A stretch of 64,000 nt of DNA from an uncultured delta proteobacterium (GCA_963814585.1 CAWFDF010000010.1:32001-96000), one strand, 5' to 3'. Positions 32,771-42,372 are shown, counted from the stretch's first letter. The notes: generated by a model not told the origin, from the sequence alone. Translations and numbers: made by a program.

Positions 32771-34420
32771 CTACCGCGACAGGACCACCGCCTCCACCAC
32801 CGGGCGCCTCCCGGTGGCCCGCCGGAACCAGCGGCGGACCGAGAGCCGAACCACCTCGCGCCTCGCCTCGAGGCCGGCCTCCGACACCTCGCCGAGGGCC
32901 GCCAGCACCTCGGCGCGGAGCTCCGCCTCGCGCCCCTCGAGCCCGGCCACGCCGCGAGCGTGGAACTCCGGGGCGGCCACCACCGCTCCGCTGGCGGCGT
33001 CCAGCTGCACCACCGCCACGCAGAGCCCGAACTCGGCCAGCCGGCGACGGTCCTCCACCACGCCGTCAGGCACCTCCGCCGCGCCGCCCTCGTCGCGGAC
33101 CACGGCGATCCGGCCACTCGGCACCCGCACCGGGAGCACGCGCGCGCCGGCGTCGTCGAGCTCCAGCACCTGGCCGTCGGTGAGCAGGTGGCAGCGCTCC
33201 GCCGGGACCCCCTCGGCCGCGGCGTGGGCGGCGTGGCGCGCCAGCTGCCGGTACTCGCCGTGGACGGGCATGAAGCGCTCGGGCCGGACGAGCTGGAGGA
33301 GCCGGCGCTGCTCGGCCTCCTGGGCGTGCCCGGTGGCGTGGAGCGGGGGGTGTCGCTCCCAGCGCACCAGCGCGCCGCGTGCGCACAGCTCGTTGACGAG
33401 GCGTCCCACCGACAGCTCGTTGCCGGGGATCTGCCGGGAGGAGAGGACCACGGTGTCGCCGGCGTGCACCCTCAGGTCGGGGTGCTCACCGCGCGCCAGG
33501 CGGCCCAGCGCGGCGCGCGGCTCACCCTGCGAGCCGGTGACGAGGATGGCCAGCTCGCGCGGCGGGACTCGCCGGGCCTCGTCGGCGGTCACCGGCATCC
33601 AGCCCGGCTCGGCGAGCTCGCCGAGCGTCCGGGCCACCTCGAAGTTCTCCACCATGCCCCGCCCCAGCAGCGCCAGGCGGCGCCCGGAGGCGGCCGCCGC
33701 CTCCACCACCTGCTGGAGCCGGTGGGCATTGGAGGAGAAGGTGGCGACGAAGACCCGGCCGCTGGCCTCCGCCATCACGTCGTGCAGCCCGGGACCGACC
33801 GCCGACTCGGACAGGGCCCAGCCCGGCCGCTCGGCGTTGGTCGAGTCGGAGAGCAGCAGCCGCACCCCGGCCCGGCCCAGGGCCTCCAGCCGGTCCAGAT
33901 CCATGCCAGGACCGCGCACCGGCCGCTCGTCGATCTTGAAGTCGCCGCTGTGGATCACCCTCCCCTGCGGCGTGGTGAAGGCGAGCGCGCAGGCTCCGGG
34001 GATCGAGTGGGTGACGGCGACGAACTCGGCGCTCAGCGGCGAGTCCGGGCCGGCCGGGTGGGTCTCGCCCGGGGCCACCTCCCGCAGGTCGGCGGAGATG
34101 CCCGCCTCGGCGAGCCGCCCCTTCACCATGGCCAGCGTGAAGCGGGTTCCGAAGACCGGCACCGTGACGTGGCGCAGCAGGAAGGGGAGCGCGCCGACGT
34201 GGTCCTCGTGGCCGTGGGTGAGGAAGACCGCTCCGACCTGCTCGCGCCGCTCCAGCAACCAGGTGAGGTCGGGGATGAGGACGTCGACGCCGAACGGCTC
34301 GTCGGTGAAGAGGACGCCGCAGTCGACCACGGCGATGCGGCCGGCCGCCTCCACGGCGAGGCAGTTCATGCCCACCTCGCCGAGGCCGCCGAGCGGGACG
34401 ATGCGGACCGGGGACGCCAC
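32771..34420 (-). CDS. rnj: Ribonuclease J
   Basis: IVPLGGLGEVGMN, LTHGHEDHVGA, HSGDFKID, GSQGEP, HATGHA, PVHGE. Confidence 0.93.
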   Translation of the reverse strand: MASPVRIVPLGGLGEVGMNCLAVEAAGRIAVVDCGVLFTDEPFGVDVLIPDLTWLLERREQVGAVFLTHGHEDHVGALPFLLRHVTVPVFGTRFTLAMVKGRLAEAGISADLREVAPGETHPAGPDSPLSAEFVAVTHSIPGACALAFTTPQGRVIHSGDFKIDERPVRGPGMDLDRLEALGRAGVRLLLSDSTNAERPGWALSESAVGPGLHDVMAEASGRVFVATFSSNAHRLQQVVEAAAASGRRLALLGRGMVENFEVARTLGELAEPGWMPVTADEARRVPPRELAILVTGSQGEPRAALGRLARGEHPDLRVHAGDTVVLSSRQIPGNELSVGRLVNELCARGALVRWERHPPLHATGHAQEAEQRRLLQLVRPERFMPVHGEYRQLARHAAHAAAEGVPAERCHLLTDGQVLELDDAGARVLPVRVPSGRIAVVRDEGGAAEVPDGVVEDRRRLAEFGLCVAVVQLDAASGAVVAAPEFHARGVAGLEGREAELRAEVLAALGEVSEAGLEARREVVRLSVRRWFRRATGRRPVVEAVVLSR

Positions 34421-34445
34421 GGGAGGCACCTTACAGCAGGACGCG

Positions 34446-34557
34446 CGATGCCCGATGCCCGTCCCGATGCCCGTCCCGATGCCCGTCCGGGAGTAACTGG
34501 ATGCGGGATGCGGCGATGCCCTTCCGCGCGATGCCCGTCCGGGAGTAACTGGATGCG
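34446..34557. repeat. REP-like cluster: six CGATGCCC units and two identical 29-bp hairpin units
   Basis: CGATGCCCGTCCGGGAGTAACTGGATGCG at 34477-34505 and 34529-34557; stem CGTCCGG/CTGGATG with loop GAGTAA. Confidence 0.75.
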
Positions 34558-34790
34558 ACTGGATAGTCCTTGGATCTTCCTGCCTCGCCGGGCCAGTGGT
34601 CATGAAGGGGGAAGGGCACTCACCACGGCCGGCCAACCTCGGTGACGTAAGAGCGGGCACGCGGGGCCGCCGATGCCACCGAGATCGCTCCGAACACGGG
34701 TGCTCGTGCGGCGCACCGCTCCGATCATCGAGGCCACGGTGGCGCCTGGAACTGCCCACTCGCTGGGAAAGTGCTGCCCAGTCGCCTCGC

Positions 34791-35675
34791 CTACCCTGCG
34801 CCGGCACAGGCCGCGCCATGGGCGACCCGCATCTGGTAGGTCCCGGCGGGAAACAGGACGCTTCTCGTGCCATCTCGCCATTCCTTCAGCGCCGCTCGGT
34901 ACTCGGCGAGGAAGTCCATCAGGCGCGCCAGCGCCGCGATTCGCTGCTGTCCGTCTCGCGCCGCCACCCTCGGCCGGAGCTGGCGCCTTGGCTCCACGCT
35001 CCGGGGCTGGGCGGTCGGCCGTTGGGCCATCACCCGCGCGACCCCCTGGAAGCCACCGGCCTTCTTCCTCGCCTCCGCCTCGCGCTCGGCCAGCGCCGAC
35101 ACGAGCTGCTCTCGAAAGGCCGCGGCCGATGCGAAGCCCGGTGGAGTGCAGAGCTCGAGTGGGACCGACTCCGGCATGTCGCCATCGGGATCGAAGAAGT
35201 GACTGGGCCTCGGTACCACTCGCGGGCCGGCCCCCACCGCCTCGGGGCCGGACCAGAGCCCGGGCCACCGTCGGCCGGCCCGGACCAGCCCGGCCGCCAC
35301 CGGGTTGGCCAGCGTGTAGGCGGCCTTCTCGACGACGTCCTGGGCCGCGGTCAGGGCGACGGCGCTGTAGGTGTCGGAGCCCCAGAAGGTCTCACGGCGC
35401 CCGTACAGGGCGTTGATGGCCCTGCCGACCAGGGAGTCGAGGTACCGCTGAAAGGCCGGCAACCGGGCATCGGGGTCGGTGAGCACCAAGTGGTAGTGGT
35501 TCGACATCACGCAGTATGCGTGGATCCTGATGCCCTGGCGTTGGGCGGCGACGGCCAAGAGGTAGAGGAAGACGTCGCTCGTCACCCTGGACGGCTTCAA
35601 CAGGAACTGCCTCTGGCTGCACCGGTTCGAGATGAGATAGGAGGTGCCTGGAAGAACTTGGCGAGGGGTGGTCAT
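34791..35675 (-). mobile_element. REP-associated tyrosine transposase (RAYT; Y1/IS200-type HUH family)
   Basis: YLISNRC..AYCVMSNHYHLVL (HUH)..FW..Y..AYTLANPVAAGLV (catalytic Tyr and NPV motif). Confidence 0.88.
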
Positions 35676-35688
35676 GGGTCCCGTGAGG

Positions 35689-35703
35689 GCAGGTTCCGTG
35701 CCA
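35689..35703 (-). promoter_or_regulatory. Sigma54-type -24/-12 promoter for RAYT
   Basis: Minus strand TGGCACG-gaac-CTGC versus consensus TGGCACG-N4-TTGC. Confidence 0.55.
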
Positions 35704-35761
35704 CCAGGCCGCCGCGACTTCGCAGGGGATTCCCGGGAGGACCCCGTCCACGCCGCGGACC

Positions 35762-35791
35762 CCCGACCGTCATCCGGAACTCCCGGTCGGG
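35762..35791. repeat. Inverted REP-like hairpin upstream of RAYT
   Basis: Stem CCCGACCG..CGGTCGGG; its reverse complement CCCGACCGGGAGTTCCGGATG resembles the left unit CCCGTCCGGGAGTAACTGGATG. Confidence 0.55.
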
Positions 35792-35823
35792 TTCGCGCGG
35801 TTCGGGCCGGTCCGGGCTAGGCC

Positions 35824-36186
35824 TCACCAGGAGACCAGCACCTCGAATCCTCCCATCGCCATCCGCTTGACGTCGAAGGGCATCGCCCCCTGCATGGCGG
35901 CGTCGTTCATGCTTGGGTCCTTCATGACGCGCGCATTGACCTGATCGCGGTGGGCCCGCGAGCGGTAGACGATCCAGGAGAAGACCACCGTCTCGCCCGA
36001 CTTGAGCCCTGCCAGCCGCTTGAAGCCCTGGCCGAATGGCACCCGCAGGTCCTCGCCGACGCACTCGTAATACGAGAGAGCGCCGTGCTTCTTCCAGATC
36101 TTCGCGCCCCACTTCGCCTGGCGAAGGTAGGCCTTCACCTTCCGCTTCTGCATGGGGATGACGAAGCCATCGACGTATCGAGCCAT
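35824..36186 (-). CDS. DUF1428 (YbaA-like) protein
   Basis: MARYVDGFVIP..HGALSYYEC..ETVVFSWIVY..MPFDVKRMAMGGF; SD AAGGAGG. Confidence 0.88.
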   Translation of the reverse strand: MARYVDGFVIPMQKRKVKAYLRQAKWGAKIWKKHGALSYYECVGEDLRVPFGQGFKRLAGLKSGETVVFSWIVYRSRAHRDQVNARVMKDPSMNDAAMQGAMPFDVKRMAMGGFEVLVSW

Positions 36187-36401
36187 GGGAACTCCTCCTT
36201 GGGCGCTCGGGTCACGGACCGGCCTCGGTCCGAGGTGATCTCTGGCCGGAAACACCCGGGCGCGCAAGGTCCGGATGGGCCCCGCGAACCCGGGGGGCCT
36301 GTTCCCAACCTGGGGACTCGACCCCCAACCTGGTCCACGGCGCGTGAGACACCCGGAGTCACCCCCTACGCTCAGCCGGGGCCGCCCAGGGGGTGCCCAT
36401 T

Positions 36402-37127
36402 TCAAGGCCCGGGGCGCCCCGGTGGCCGGCTCGGCACCCGGGCCAGGAAGAGCAGCCCCACCGTCACCACCACCGCCATGGCGGCCAGTCCGTACCAGGG
36501 CGGGCGGACCACCAGCCCCACCCAGGCCAGGCTGGCCAGCATCGATCCGGCCGCCACCGCCTTCACCCTGGGGGGAACCACGCGGTGAAGCCGCCAGCGC
36601 TGCAGCGGCGGTCCCAGCACGCGGTGGTGGTAGAGCCAGTCGTGGAAGCGGAGGGAGCTGCGGGCGAAGGCCCACAGGGCCAGCAGCAGGAACGGCGTGG
36701 TGGGGAGCACCGGGAGCGCCGCGCCGAGGACCCCGATCCCAAGGAACACCCAGGCCAGCCCGAACCAGGCCCAGCGCCACGGGCCGTCCGCCACCCCGTT
36801 ACCGGGAGCCTCCGCTTCACCGGGCCACTGGCCCGGTCCGTCCAACCCATCACCGGGAGTCACCACCTCGCCGGGAGTCACCACCTCGCAGGGCCACTGG
36901 CCAGGTCCGTCCCCCCCGTTGGCGGGAGTCTCCGACTCGCCAGGCCACTGGCCTGGTCCGTCCACCCCGTTACCGGGAGTCTCCGCCGCGCCGGACCACT
37001 GGCCCAGTCCGTCCACCCCGCCACCGGGAGTCTCCGCCGTGCCTGGTCCCTGGCCCGGTCCGTCCGGCCCCGGCTCCTCGGCGCTGCGGTCCTGGTCCAT
37101 CCCGAACCTCCGATCGAGCCGCAGCAT
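36402..37127 (-). CDS. YbaN/DUF454 inner-membrane protein with possible N-terminal repeat extension (start uncertain)
   Basis: GVLGAALPVLPTTPFLLLALWAFARSS..FHDWL..LGP; N-terminus formed by 17-aa repeats. Confidence 0.75.
   Translation of the reverse strand: MLRLDRRFGMDQDRSAEEPGPDGPGQGPGTAETPGGGVDGLGQWSGAAETPGNGVDGPGQWPGESETPANGGDGPGQWPCEVVTPGEVVTPGDGLDGPGQWPGEAEAPGNGVADGPWRWAWFGLAWVFLGIGVLGAALPVLPTTPFLLLALWAFARSSLRFHDWLYHHRVLGPPLQRWRLHRVVPPRVKAVAAGSMLASLAWVGLVVRPPWYGLAAMAVVVTVGLLFLARVPSRPPGRPGP
36782..37066. repeat. Degenerate tandem repeat, about 5.5 x 51 bp
   Basis: Unit e.g. 36961-37011 TCCACCCCGTTACCGGGAGTCTCCGCCGCGCCGGACCACTGGCCCAGTCCG; one unit carries an internal 18-bp duplication. 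Confidence 0.85.
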
Positions 37128-37231
37128 AGGGCACCAGGGCCAAACGGGGTGCCTCGCCCACGGGGTCCAGGACCGGCCAGCCGATCGTGAGGTGAGCCCG
37201 TCCCTCCCGTGCGCTATGTTCCCCCTCCCCG

Positions 37232-39580
37232 ATGTCCGACCTGCTCGACGGCCTGAACGATCCGCAGCGCGAGGCGGTGCTGCACGGCGAGGGGCCGCTG
37301 CTGGTGCTGGCCGGCGCCGGCTCGGGGAAGACCCGGGTCATCGTCAGCCGGGTGGCCCGGCTGGTCCTCGAGGAGCGGGTGCTGCCCTGGCACGTCCTCG
37401 CCGTCACCTTCACCAACAAGGCGGCCGGCGAGATGAAGGCGCGGCTCTCCGCCCTGCTCGGCCTGGCGGCGCAGGAGCTCTGGGTCCAGACCTTCCATGC
37501 CTTCGGCGCCCGCTTCCTGCGACGCGAGGCGGCCCGCGCCGGCCTGCCGCAGGCCTTCGCCATCTACGACACCGACGACCAGCTGCGGCTCATGAAGCGG
37601 CTCTTCGCCGAGGCCCGGCTCGACGAGGACGACCAGCTCACGCCGCGAAAGGTGCTCTGGCGCATCGACGCCTGGAAGAACGAGGCCGCCACCCCGTCGC
37701 AGGTCAAGGTCCCGCACCACGACCTGTCCGGAGGGGCGGCCCGCGACCTCTACGCGAAGTACGAGGCGGCGCTGGCCCGGGCCGGCGCCGTCGACTTCGG
37801 TGACCTGCTGGTCCGGCCGCTGCGGCTGCTGGAGCAGGACGAGGCGCTGCGCGCCCGCTGGTCCGGGCGCTTCCGCCACGTGCTGGTCGACGAGTTCCAG
37901 GACACCAATCCGGTGCAGTACCGGCTGCTGCGCCACCTGGTGGGGGGGGCCCGGAACATCTGCGTGGTGGGCGACGACGACCAGGCCATCTACCGCTGGC
38001 GCGGCGCCGACGTGCGCAACATCCTCGGGTTCGACGCCGACTTCCCCGGCTGCCGGGTGGTCAAGCTGGAGCGGAACTACCGCTCCACCCGGAACATCCT
38101 CGACGCCGCCCACGCCGTGATCTCCAGGGCCAGGGTGCGGCGCGAGAAGAAGCTCTGGACCGAGGCCGGGCCGGGAGATCCCCTGGCGCTGCTGGTGGGG
38201 CAGGACGAGCACGACGAGGCCGAGCGGATCACCCGCGCCGTCGCCGCCGAGCGCTCCCGGGGCACCCATGGCGACCAGGTGGCGGTGCTCTACCGGACCA
38301 ACGCCCAGTCGCGCCCCATCGAGGCCCAGCTGCGCGCCGCCCGCATCCCCTACGTCATCGTGCGCGGCACCAGCTTCTACGACCGGGCCGAGGTGAAGGA
38401 CGCCGCCGCCTACCTGCGGCTGGCCCTGTCGCCGAGGAGCGACCTCGACCTGGAGCGGATCGTCAACCGTCCTCCGCGCGGTATCGGCGAGAAGACGGTG
38501 GAGCGGCTGCGGGCCCACGCCGCGGCGCTCGGCGGCTCGCTCTTCGAGGCCCTGGCCGAGGCCGAGCGGATCGAGGGGGTGAAGCCGCAGGCGCGCCGGG
38601 CCCTGGTGGAGCTGCACGACGCCCTGGCTGCGCTCAGCGCCACGGTGGGCGAGCAGGACGCCGGCGACGCGGTGGAGGCGACGCTGCAGCGCTCCGGCCT
38701 CCTGGGGCGGCTCGAGGCCGAGCGGACCGACGAGGCCGAGGAGCGGCGCGAGAACCTGGTGGAGCTGGTGGCCGCGGCCCGCGAGTTCGACGAGCAGCTG
38801 GCCGACCAGGCTCCCTCCCACGACCCCGACGAGCCGGTCCCGCCGCCGCCGCTGGCCCGCTTCCTCGAGCAGATCGCCCTGCTCGGCGAGGCCGACGCCG
38901 AGACGCCCGAGGGGCGGGTGGCGCTGATGACGCTCCATGCCGCCAAGGGGCTGGAGTTCGACGCCGTGTTCCTGGCCGGCCTGGAGGACGGGACGCTGCC
39001 CCACGAGCGGCCCTGGGACGACGCCTCGCCGTCGGAGCGGGCGGCCGCCGACGACGAGGAGCGGCGGCTCTGCTACGTGGGCATGACCCGGGCCCGGCGG
39101 CGGCTGACGCTCTCGCTGGCCCGGCGGCGCATGACCTACGGCGAGGGCGGCGCGGTCTACCGCGCCATGGAGCCCTCCCGCTTCCTCGCCGACCTGCCCC
39201 CGGCGCTGTTCGGCCTGGCGGCGGCCGCGGCCGCGCCGCCGGCGGCCCGCGGGCCGGTGATCCGGCGCCACCCCGGCGCGCTCCCGGGCGAGCCGCACAT
39301 CGAGGTGGACGACGAGGCGGCGCCCGCCGTGGCGCCTCTCCCGGCCCGGGCTTCGCGGGGCGGCCGCGAAGGTCCCACCGTCGACTACTCCTTCGACCAG
39401 CGTTCCCAGGCCGGCGGTCGGCCATTCACTCGTGGTGATACCGTCTTCCACGAGGTGCTGGGAGAGGGGAAGGTGCTGGCCTGCGACGGCGCCGGCCGCG
39501 AGGCCAAGGTGACCGTCCATTTCTGGGAGGCGGGGGAGAAGAGGGTGCTGGCCCGGTTCCTCCGACCGGCGGTCGGGTAG
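37232..39580 (+). CDS. uvrD: UvrD/PcrA ATP-dependent DNA helicase
   Basis: LAGAGSGKT, VTFTNKAA, VDEFQDTN, VGDDDQAIY, NYRST, TLHAAKGLEF, EERRLCYVGMTRA. Confidence 0.93.
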   Translation: MSDLLDGLNDPQREAVLHGEGPLLVLAGAGSGKTRVIVSRVARLVLEERVLPWHVLAVTFTNKAAGEMKARLSALLGLAAQELWVQTFHAFGARFLRREAARAGLPQAFAIYDTDDQLRLMKRLFAEARLDEDDQLTPRKVLWRIDAWKNEAATPSQVKVPHHDLSGGAARDLYAKYEAALARAGAVDFGDLLVRPLRLLEQDEALRARWSGRFRHVLVDEFQDTNPVQYRLLRHLVGGARNICVVGDDDQAIYRWRGADVRNILGFDADFPGCRVVKLERNYRSTRNILDAAHAVISRARVRREKKLWTEAGPGDPLALLVGQDEHDEAERITRAVAAERSRGTHGDQVAVLYRTNAQSRPIEAQLRAARIPYVIVRGTSFYDRAEVKDAAAYLRLALSPRSDLDLERIVNRPPRGIGEKTVERLRAHAAALGGSLFEALAEAERIEGVKPQARRALVELHDALAALSATVGEQDAGDAVEATLQRSGLLGRLEAERTDEAEERRENLVELVAAAREFDEQLADQAPSHDPDEPVPPPPLARFLEQIALLGEADAETPEGRVALMTLHAAKGLEFDAVFLAGLEDGTLPHERPWDDASPSERAAADDEERRLCYVGMTRARRRLTLSLARRRMTYGEGGAVYRAMEPSRFLADLPPALFGLAAAAAAPPAARGPVIRRHPGALPGEPHIEVDDEAAPAVAPLPARASRGGREGPTVDYSFDQRSQAGGRPFTRGDTVFHEVLGEGKVLACDGAGREAKVTVHFWEAGEKRVLARFLRPAVG

Positions 39581-39663
39581 CCGACCCCGATCGCGGCGAC
39601 TCCTGGTCGCGGGCGTCTGGCGCCCGTCGCGGTTCGGCCGCGGCCGTGCCAAGGTGACGCGCC

Positions 39664-41385
39664 GTGGCCGACTCGATCCACGCCATCGCCGAGCTGGACG
39701 GTTCGCCGTTCGGGCCGCTCGCCTTCGGCGCGCCGCGCCGGGTGATCGAGGCCCGGGCCCTGGCCGAGGTGCGCCCGGCCCTGCGGGAGGTCGACGCGGC
39801 GGCGCGCGCCGGGAGCTGGGCGGCCGGGTACGTGGCCTACGAGGCGGCACCGGCCTTCGACCCGGCGCTCACGGTCCGTGAGGCGGGGCCCGGACCGCTC
39901 TGCTGGTTCGGGATCCACGACGCCCCGCTCGGACCGCCGCCGCCCGGGCCGTGGGAGGCCCGGCTCCTCGACCTCGAGCCGGAGCTCGACGCGGCCTCCC
40001 ACGCCGGGTCGGTGGAGCGGCTTCGCGAGGCCTTCGCCGCCGGCACCGCCTACCAGGCCAACCTCACGCTCCGCTTCACCGGCCGGCTCGAGGGTGACCC
40101 GCTGGCGCTCTACCGCCGGCTGCGCGCCGCGCAGGGCGGTGGGCAGACCGTCTACCTGCGCTCCGGCGAGCGGGTCCTGGTGTCGGCCTCCCCCGAGCTC
40201 TTCCTGGGACGACATGGCTCGCGCCTGGTGACTCGGCCCATGAAGGGGACGGCCCGGCGCGGCCGCTGGGCCGAGGAGGACGAGGCGGTGGCCCGGTCGC
40301 TGGCCGCCTCGCCCAAGGAGCGGGCCGAGAACGTGATGATCGCCGACCTGATGCGGAACGACCTCGGCCGGGTCGCCGAGCTCGGCTCGGTCCGCGCCGC
40401 CGCGCTCTTCGAGCCGGAGCGGTACCGGACGGTCTGGCAGCTCACCACCACGGTCGAGGCCCGCCTCGACCCCGAGGTGACCCTGGACGCGCTCTTCGCG
40501 GCCGCCTTCCCGTGCGGCTCGGTGACCGGTGCGCCCAAGGCCAGCGCCATGAGGCTGATCGCCGCCGAGGAGCGGTCACCGCGCGGTGCCTACTGCGGCG
40601 CCGCGGGCGTGGTGGCTCCCGGCGGCGACTGCGCCTTCAACGTGGCCATCCGGACCGCCGAGGTGACGCTGGCGTCCGGCGCGGTCCGCTACGGCGCCGG
40701 CGGCGGCATCACCATCGGCTCGTCGCCGGCCGCCGAGTGGGACGAGCTGCTGGCCAAGGCGGCCGTGCTCGATCTCGATCCGGAGCGCCCGACCCTGCTG
40801 GAGACCATGCGGCTGGAGGGCGGTCGGGTGGCGCTGCTCGACCTCCACCTGGCCCGGCTCCAGGGCTCGGCCCGCTACCACGGCACGCCGCTCGACCTCC
40901 CCGCCGTCCGCGCCCTGGTGGAGCGGGAGCGGGGGGAGGGGCGGTTGCGGCTGCTGCTCCCGCCCGGTGGCGCGGCCCGCCTGGAGCGGGGTCCGCTGCC
41001 GCCGCCGCCGGAGGGGCCGGTCCGGGTGGCGATCTCGCCCGAACGGATCGCCTCGGGCGACCCGGCCCGCTTCCACAAGACCACGGCACGCGGGTTCTAC
41101 GAGTCACGGCGGGCCGCCCGCCCGGACTGCTTCGACGTGCTGCTGGTGAACGAGGCCGGCGCCCCGGCCGAGGGCACCATCGCCAACCTGGTGGTGGAGC
41201 TGGAGGGGTCCCGGGTGACCCCGCCGCTGGAGACGGGGCTCCTGCCGGGCGTCTTCAGGGCCGGGCTGCTGGCCACCGGACGGGTCCGGGAGCGGCCGCT
41301 GGCCATGCCGGAGCTGCGCTCGGCGCGCCGGATCTGGCTGGTCAACGCGCTGAGGGGCTGGCTCGAAGTCAGACTGGTGGACTAG
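39664..41385 (+). CDS. pabB: Aminodeoxychorismate synthase component I fused to ADC lyase/aminotransferase IV
   Basis: SASPELF, RPMKGT, KERAENVMIADLMRNDL, FPCGSVTGAPK; C-terminal HKTT, EGTIAN, GLLPGVFR. Confidence 0.9.
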   Translation: MADSIHAIAELDGSPFGPLAFGAPRRVIEARALAEVRPALREVDAAARAGSWAAGYVAYEAAPAFDPALTVREAGPGPLCWFGIHDAPLGPPPPGPWEARLLDLEPELDAASHAGSVERLREAFAAGTAYQANLTLRFTGRLEGDPLALYRRLRAAQGGGQTVYLRSGERVLVSASPELFLGRHGSRLVTRPMKGTARRGRWAEEDEAVARSLAASPKERAENVMIADLMRNDLGRVAELGSVRAAALFEPERYRTVWQLTTTVEARLDPEVTLDALFAAAFPCGSVTGAPKASAMRLIAAEERSPRGAYCGAAGVVAPGGDCAFNVAIRTAEVTLASGAVRYGAGGGITIGSSPAAEWDELLAKAAVLDLDPERPTLLETMRLEGGRVALLDLHLARLQGSARYHGTPLDLPAVRALVERERGEGRLRLLLPPGGAARLERGPLPPPPEGPVRVAISPERIASGDPARFHKTTARGFYESRRAARPDCFDVLLVNEAGAPAEGTIANLVVELEGSRVTPPLETGLLPGVFRAGLLATGRVRERPLAMPELRSARRIWLVNALRGWLEVRLVD

Positions 41386-41452
41386 GATCCCATCGGATGC
41401 CGGGTAAGCCAGGGACGTCACATCGGGCCTCCCGGGAGATCAAACTGGCAGG

Positions 41453-41782
41453 ATGCCCGTGACGCCGACCCGACCCCCATTGCCAACGTCCGCGACGGAC
41501 CAGAGGCGCTGGATCCCCATCCAGGCGCTGCGGCAGTCGGCCTATCGCCAGCTGGGGGACATCGCCGCCGCGGTGGGGCGTGACTCGCGCCTGGCCCGGC
41601 GCTGCCGGGAGGCCTGGGCCGGCTGGGAGCGGGAGGCGGTGGTCTCCATCCTCCACGGCGACTTCGCCAACGCCGAGGTGGTCCTCGATCGCGGCGTGCA
41701 CGCCCTCAGCCACGCCCTCGAGCTGGTCCGGACCGACCGGCTCTCCGAGGACGAGGTGGTGAGCCTGATCACCGCGGCCTGA
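41453..41782 (+). CDS. Hypothetical protein
   Basis: 109-aa ORF with coding-like codon usage; no recognised motif. Confidence 0.5.
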   Translation: MPVTPTRPPLPTSATDQRRWIPIQALRQSAYRQLGDIAAAVGRDSRLARRCREAWAGWEREAVVSILHGDFANAEVVLDRGVHALSHALELVRTDRLSEDEVVSLITAA

Positions 41783-41792
41783 CAGTCGCGAT

Positions 41793-41910
41793 CGCGCCGC
41801 CAGCGGCGATCCGTCCACAGCCTGGAAGCCTCACCCGGACCGCCGCGACGGCGGCGCCACCGGCGAATCGACCAATGCCTGGAAGCCTCACCCAGCCCGC
41901 TGCGGCGAAC
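41793..41910. repeat. Degenerate 57-bp tandem duplication
   Basis: GCCTGGAAGCCTCACCC at 41820-41836 and 41877-41893, with similar flanks. Confidence 0.6.
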
Positions 41911-41947
41911 GAGGCCGGGCCGCGAGCGGGGATCAGGGGGAGCCGCC

Positions 41948-42283
41948 CTACTCCGAGCGGAAGGTCTTGACGCCCAGCAGCCACTCCACCAGCCAGCTCA
42001 GGAACACCATGCCGAGCGCCAGCAGGCCGGCCTGCACGAAGCCGAGCCCGTAGGTGCTCATCACCGTGCCCAGCCAGACCAGCGCGTAGAGCAGCCAGGG
42101 CAGGAGCAGGAACCAGAGGAACTTGGCCAGCGTCAGGTAGTAGGCGATCGAGAGGATCACCGAGATGAGCACGGCGTGGCCGAAGGTGTTCTCCGGGTTC
42201 CCGGGCGACACCAGCCCCACCGCGGCCCAGAGCACCCCGGCGGAGACGACCCAGCGGACCACGAAGGCGGTCAGGCGGCGCAT
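41948..42283 (-). CDS. Small 4-TM membrane protein (phage-holin-family/DUF360-like)
   Basis: MRRLTAFVVRWVVSAGVLWAAVGLVSPG..TFGHAVLISVIL; strongly hydrophobic. Confidence 0.65.
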   Translation of the reverse strand: MRRLTAFVVRWVVSAGVLWAAVGLVSPGNPENTFGHAVLISVILSIAYYLTLAKFLWFLLLPWLLYALVWLGTVMSTYGLGFVQAGLLALGMVFLSWLVEWLLGVKTFRSE

Positions 42284-42372
42284 GACCCGATGATGGCACA
42301 CGGCGGTCCCGGCCGGGAGCACCAGGTGGGCCGGGTGGGAAAGTGGGGTCGAGGGGAGCATAAGATGACCGG

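Noticed and set aside
34477..34557. Mini-CRISPR (two identical 29-mers with a 23-bp gap)
   Set aside because: Only two repeats, the gap itself contains repeat sub-motifs (GATGC, CGATGCCC), and the RAYT context explains them better.
36853..37031. Shared 8-mer CCGGGAGT between the RAYT hairpins and the 51-bp array
   Set aside because: A GC-rich 8-mer is expected by chance in this composition, and the array copies are not independent.
36782..37066. Possible CRISPR array
   Set aside because: The units are similar over their whole length with no unique spacers, they preserve frame, and no cas genes are nearby.
39664..41385. PabB-PabC fusion as a novelty
   Set aside because: This fusion is well known in many bacteria.
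41948..42283. Holin-like gene as evidence of a prophage
   Set aside because: No other phage genes, integrase or att sites; the family is common on chromosomes.
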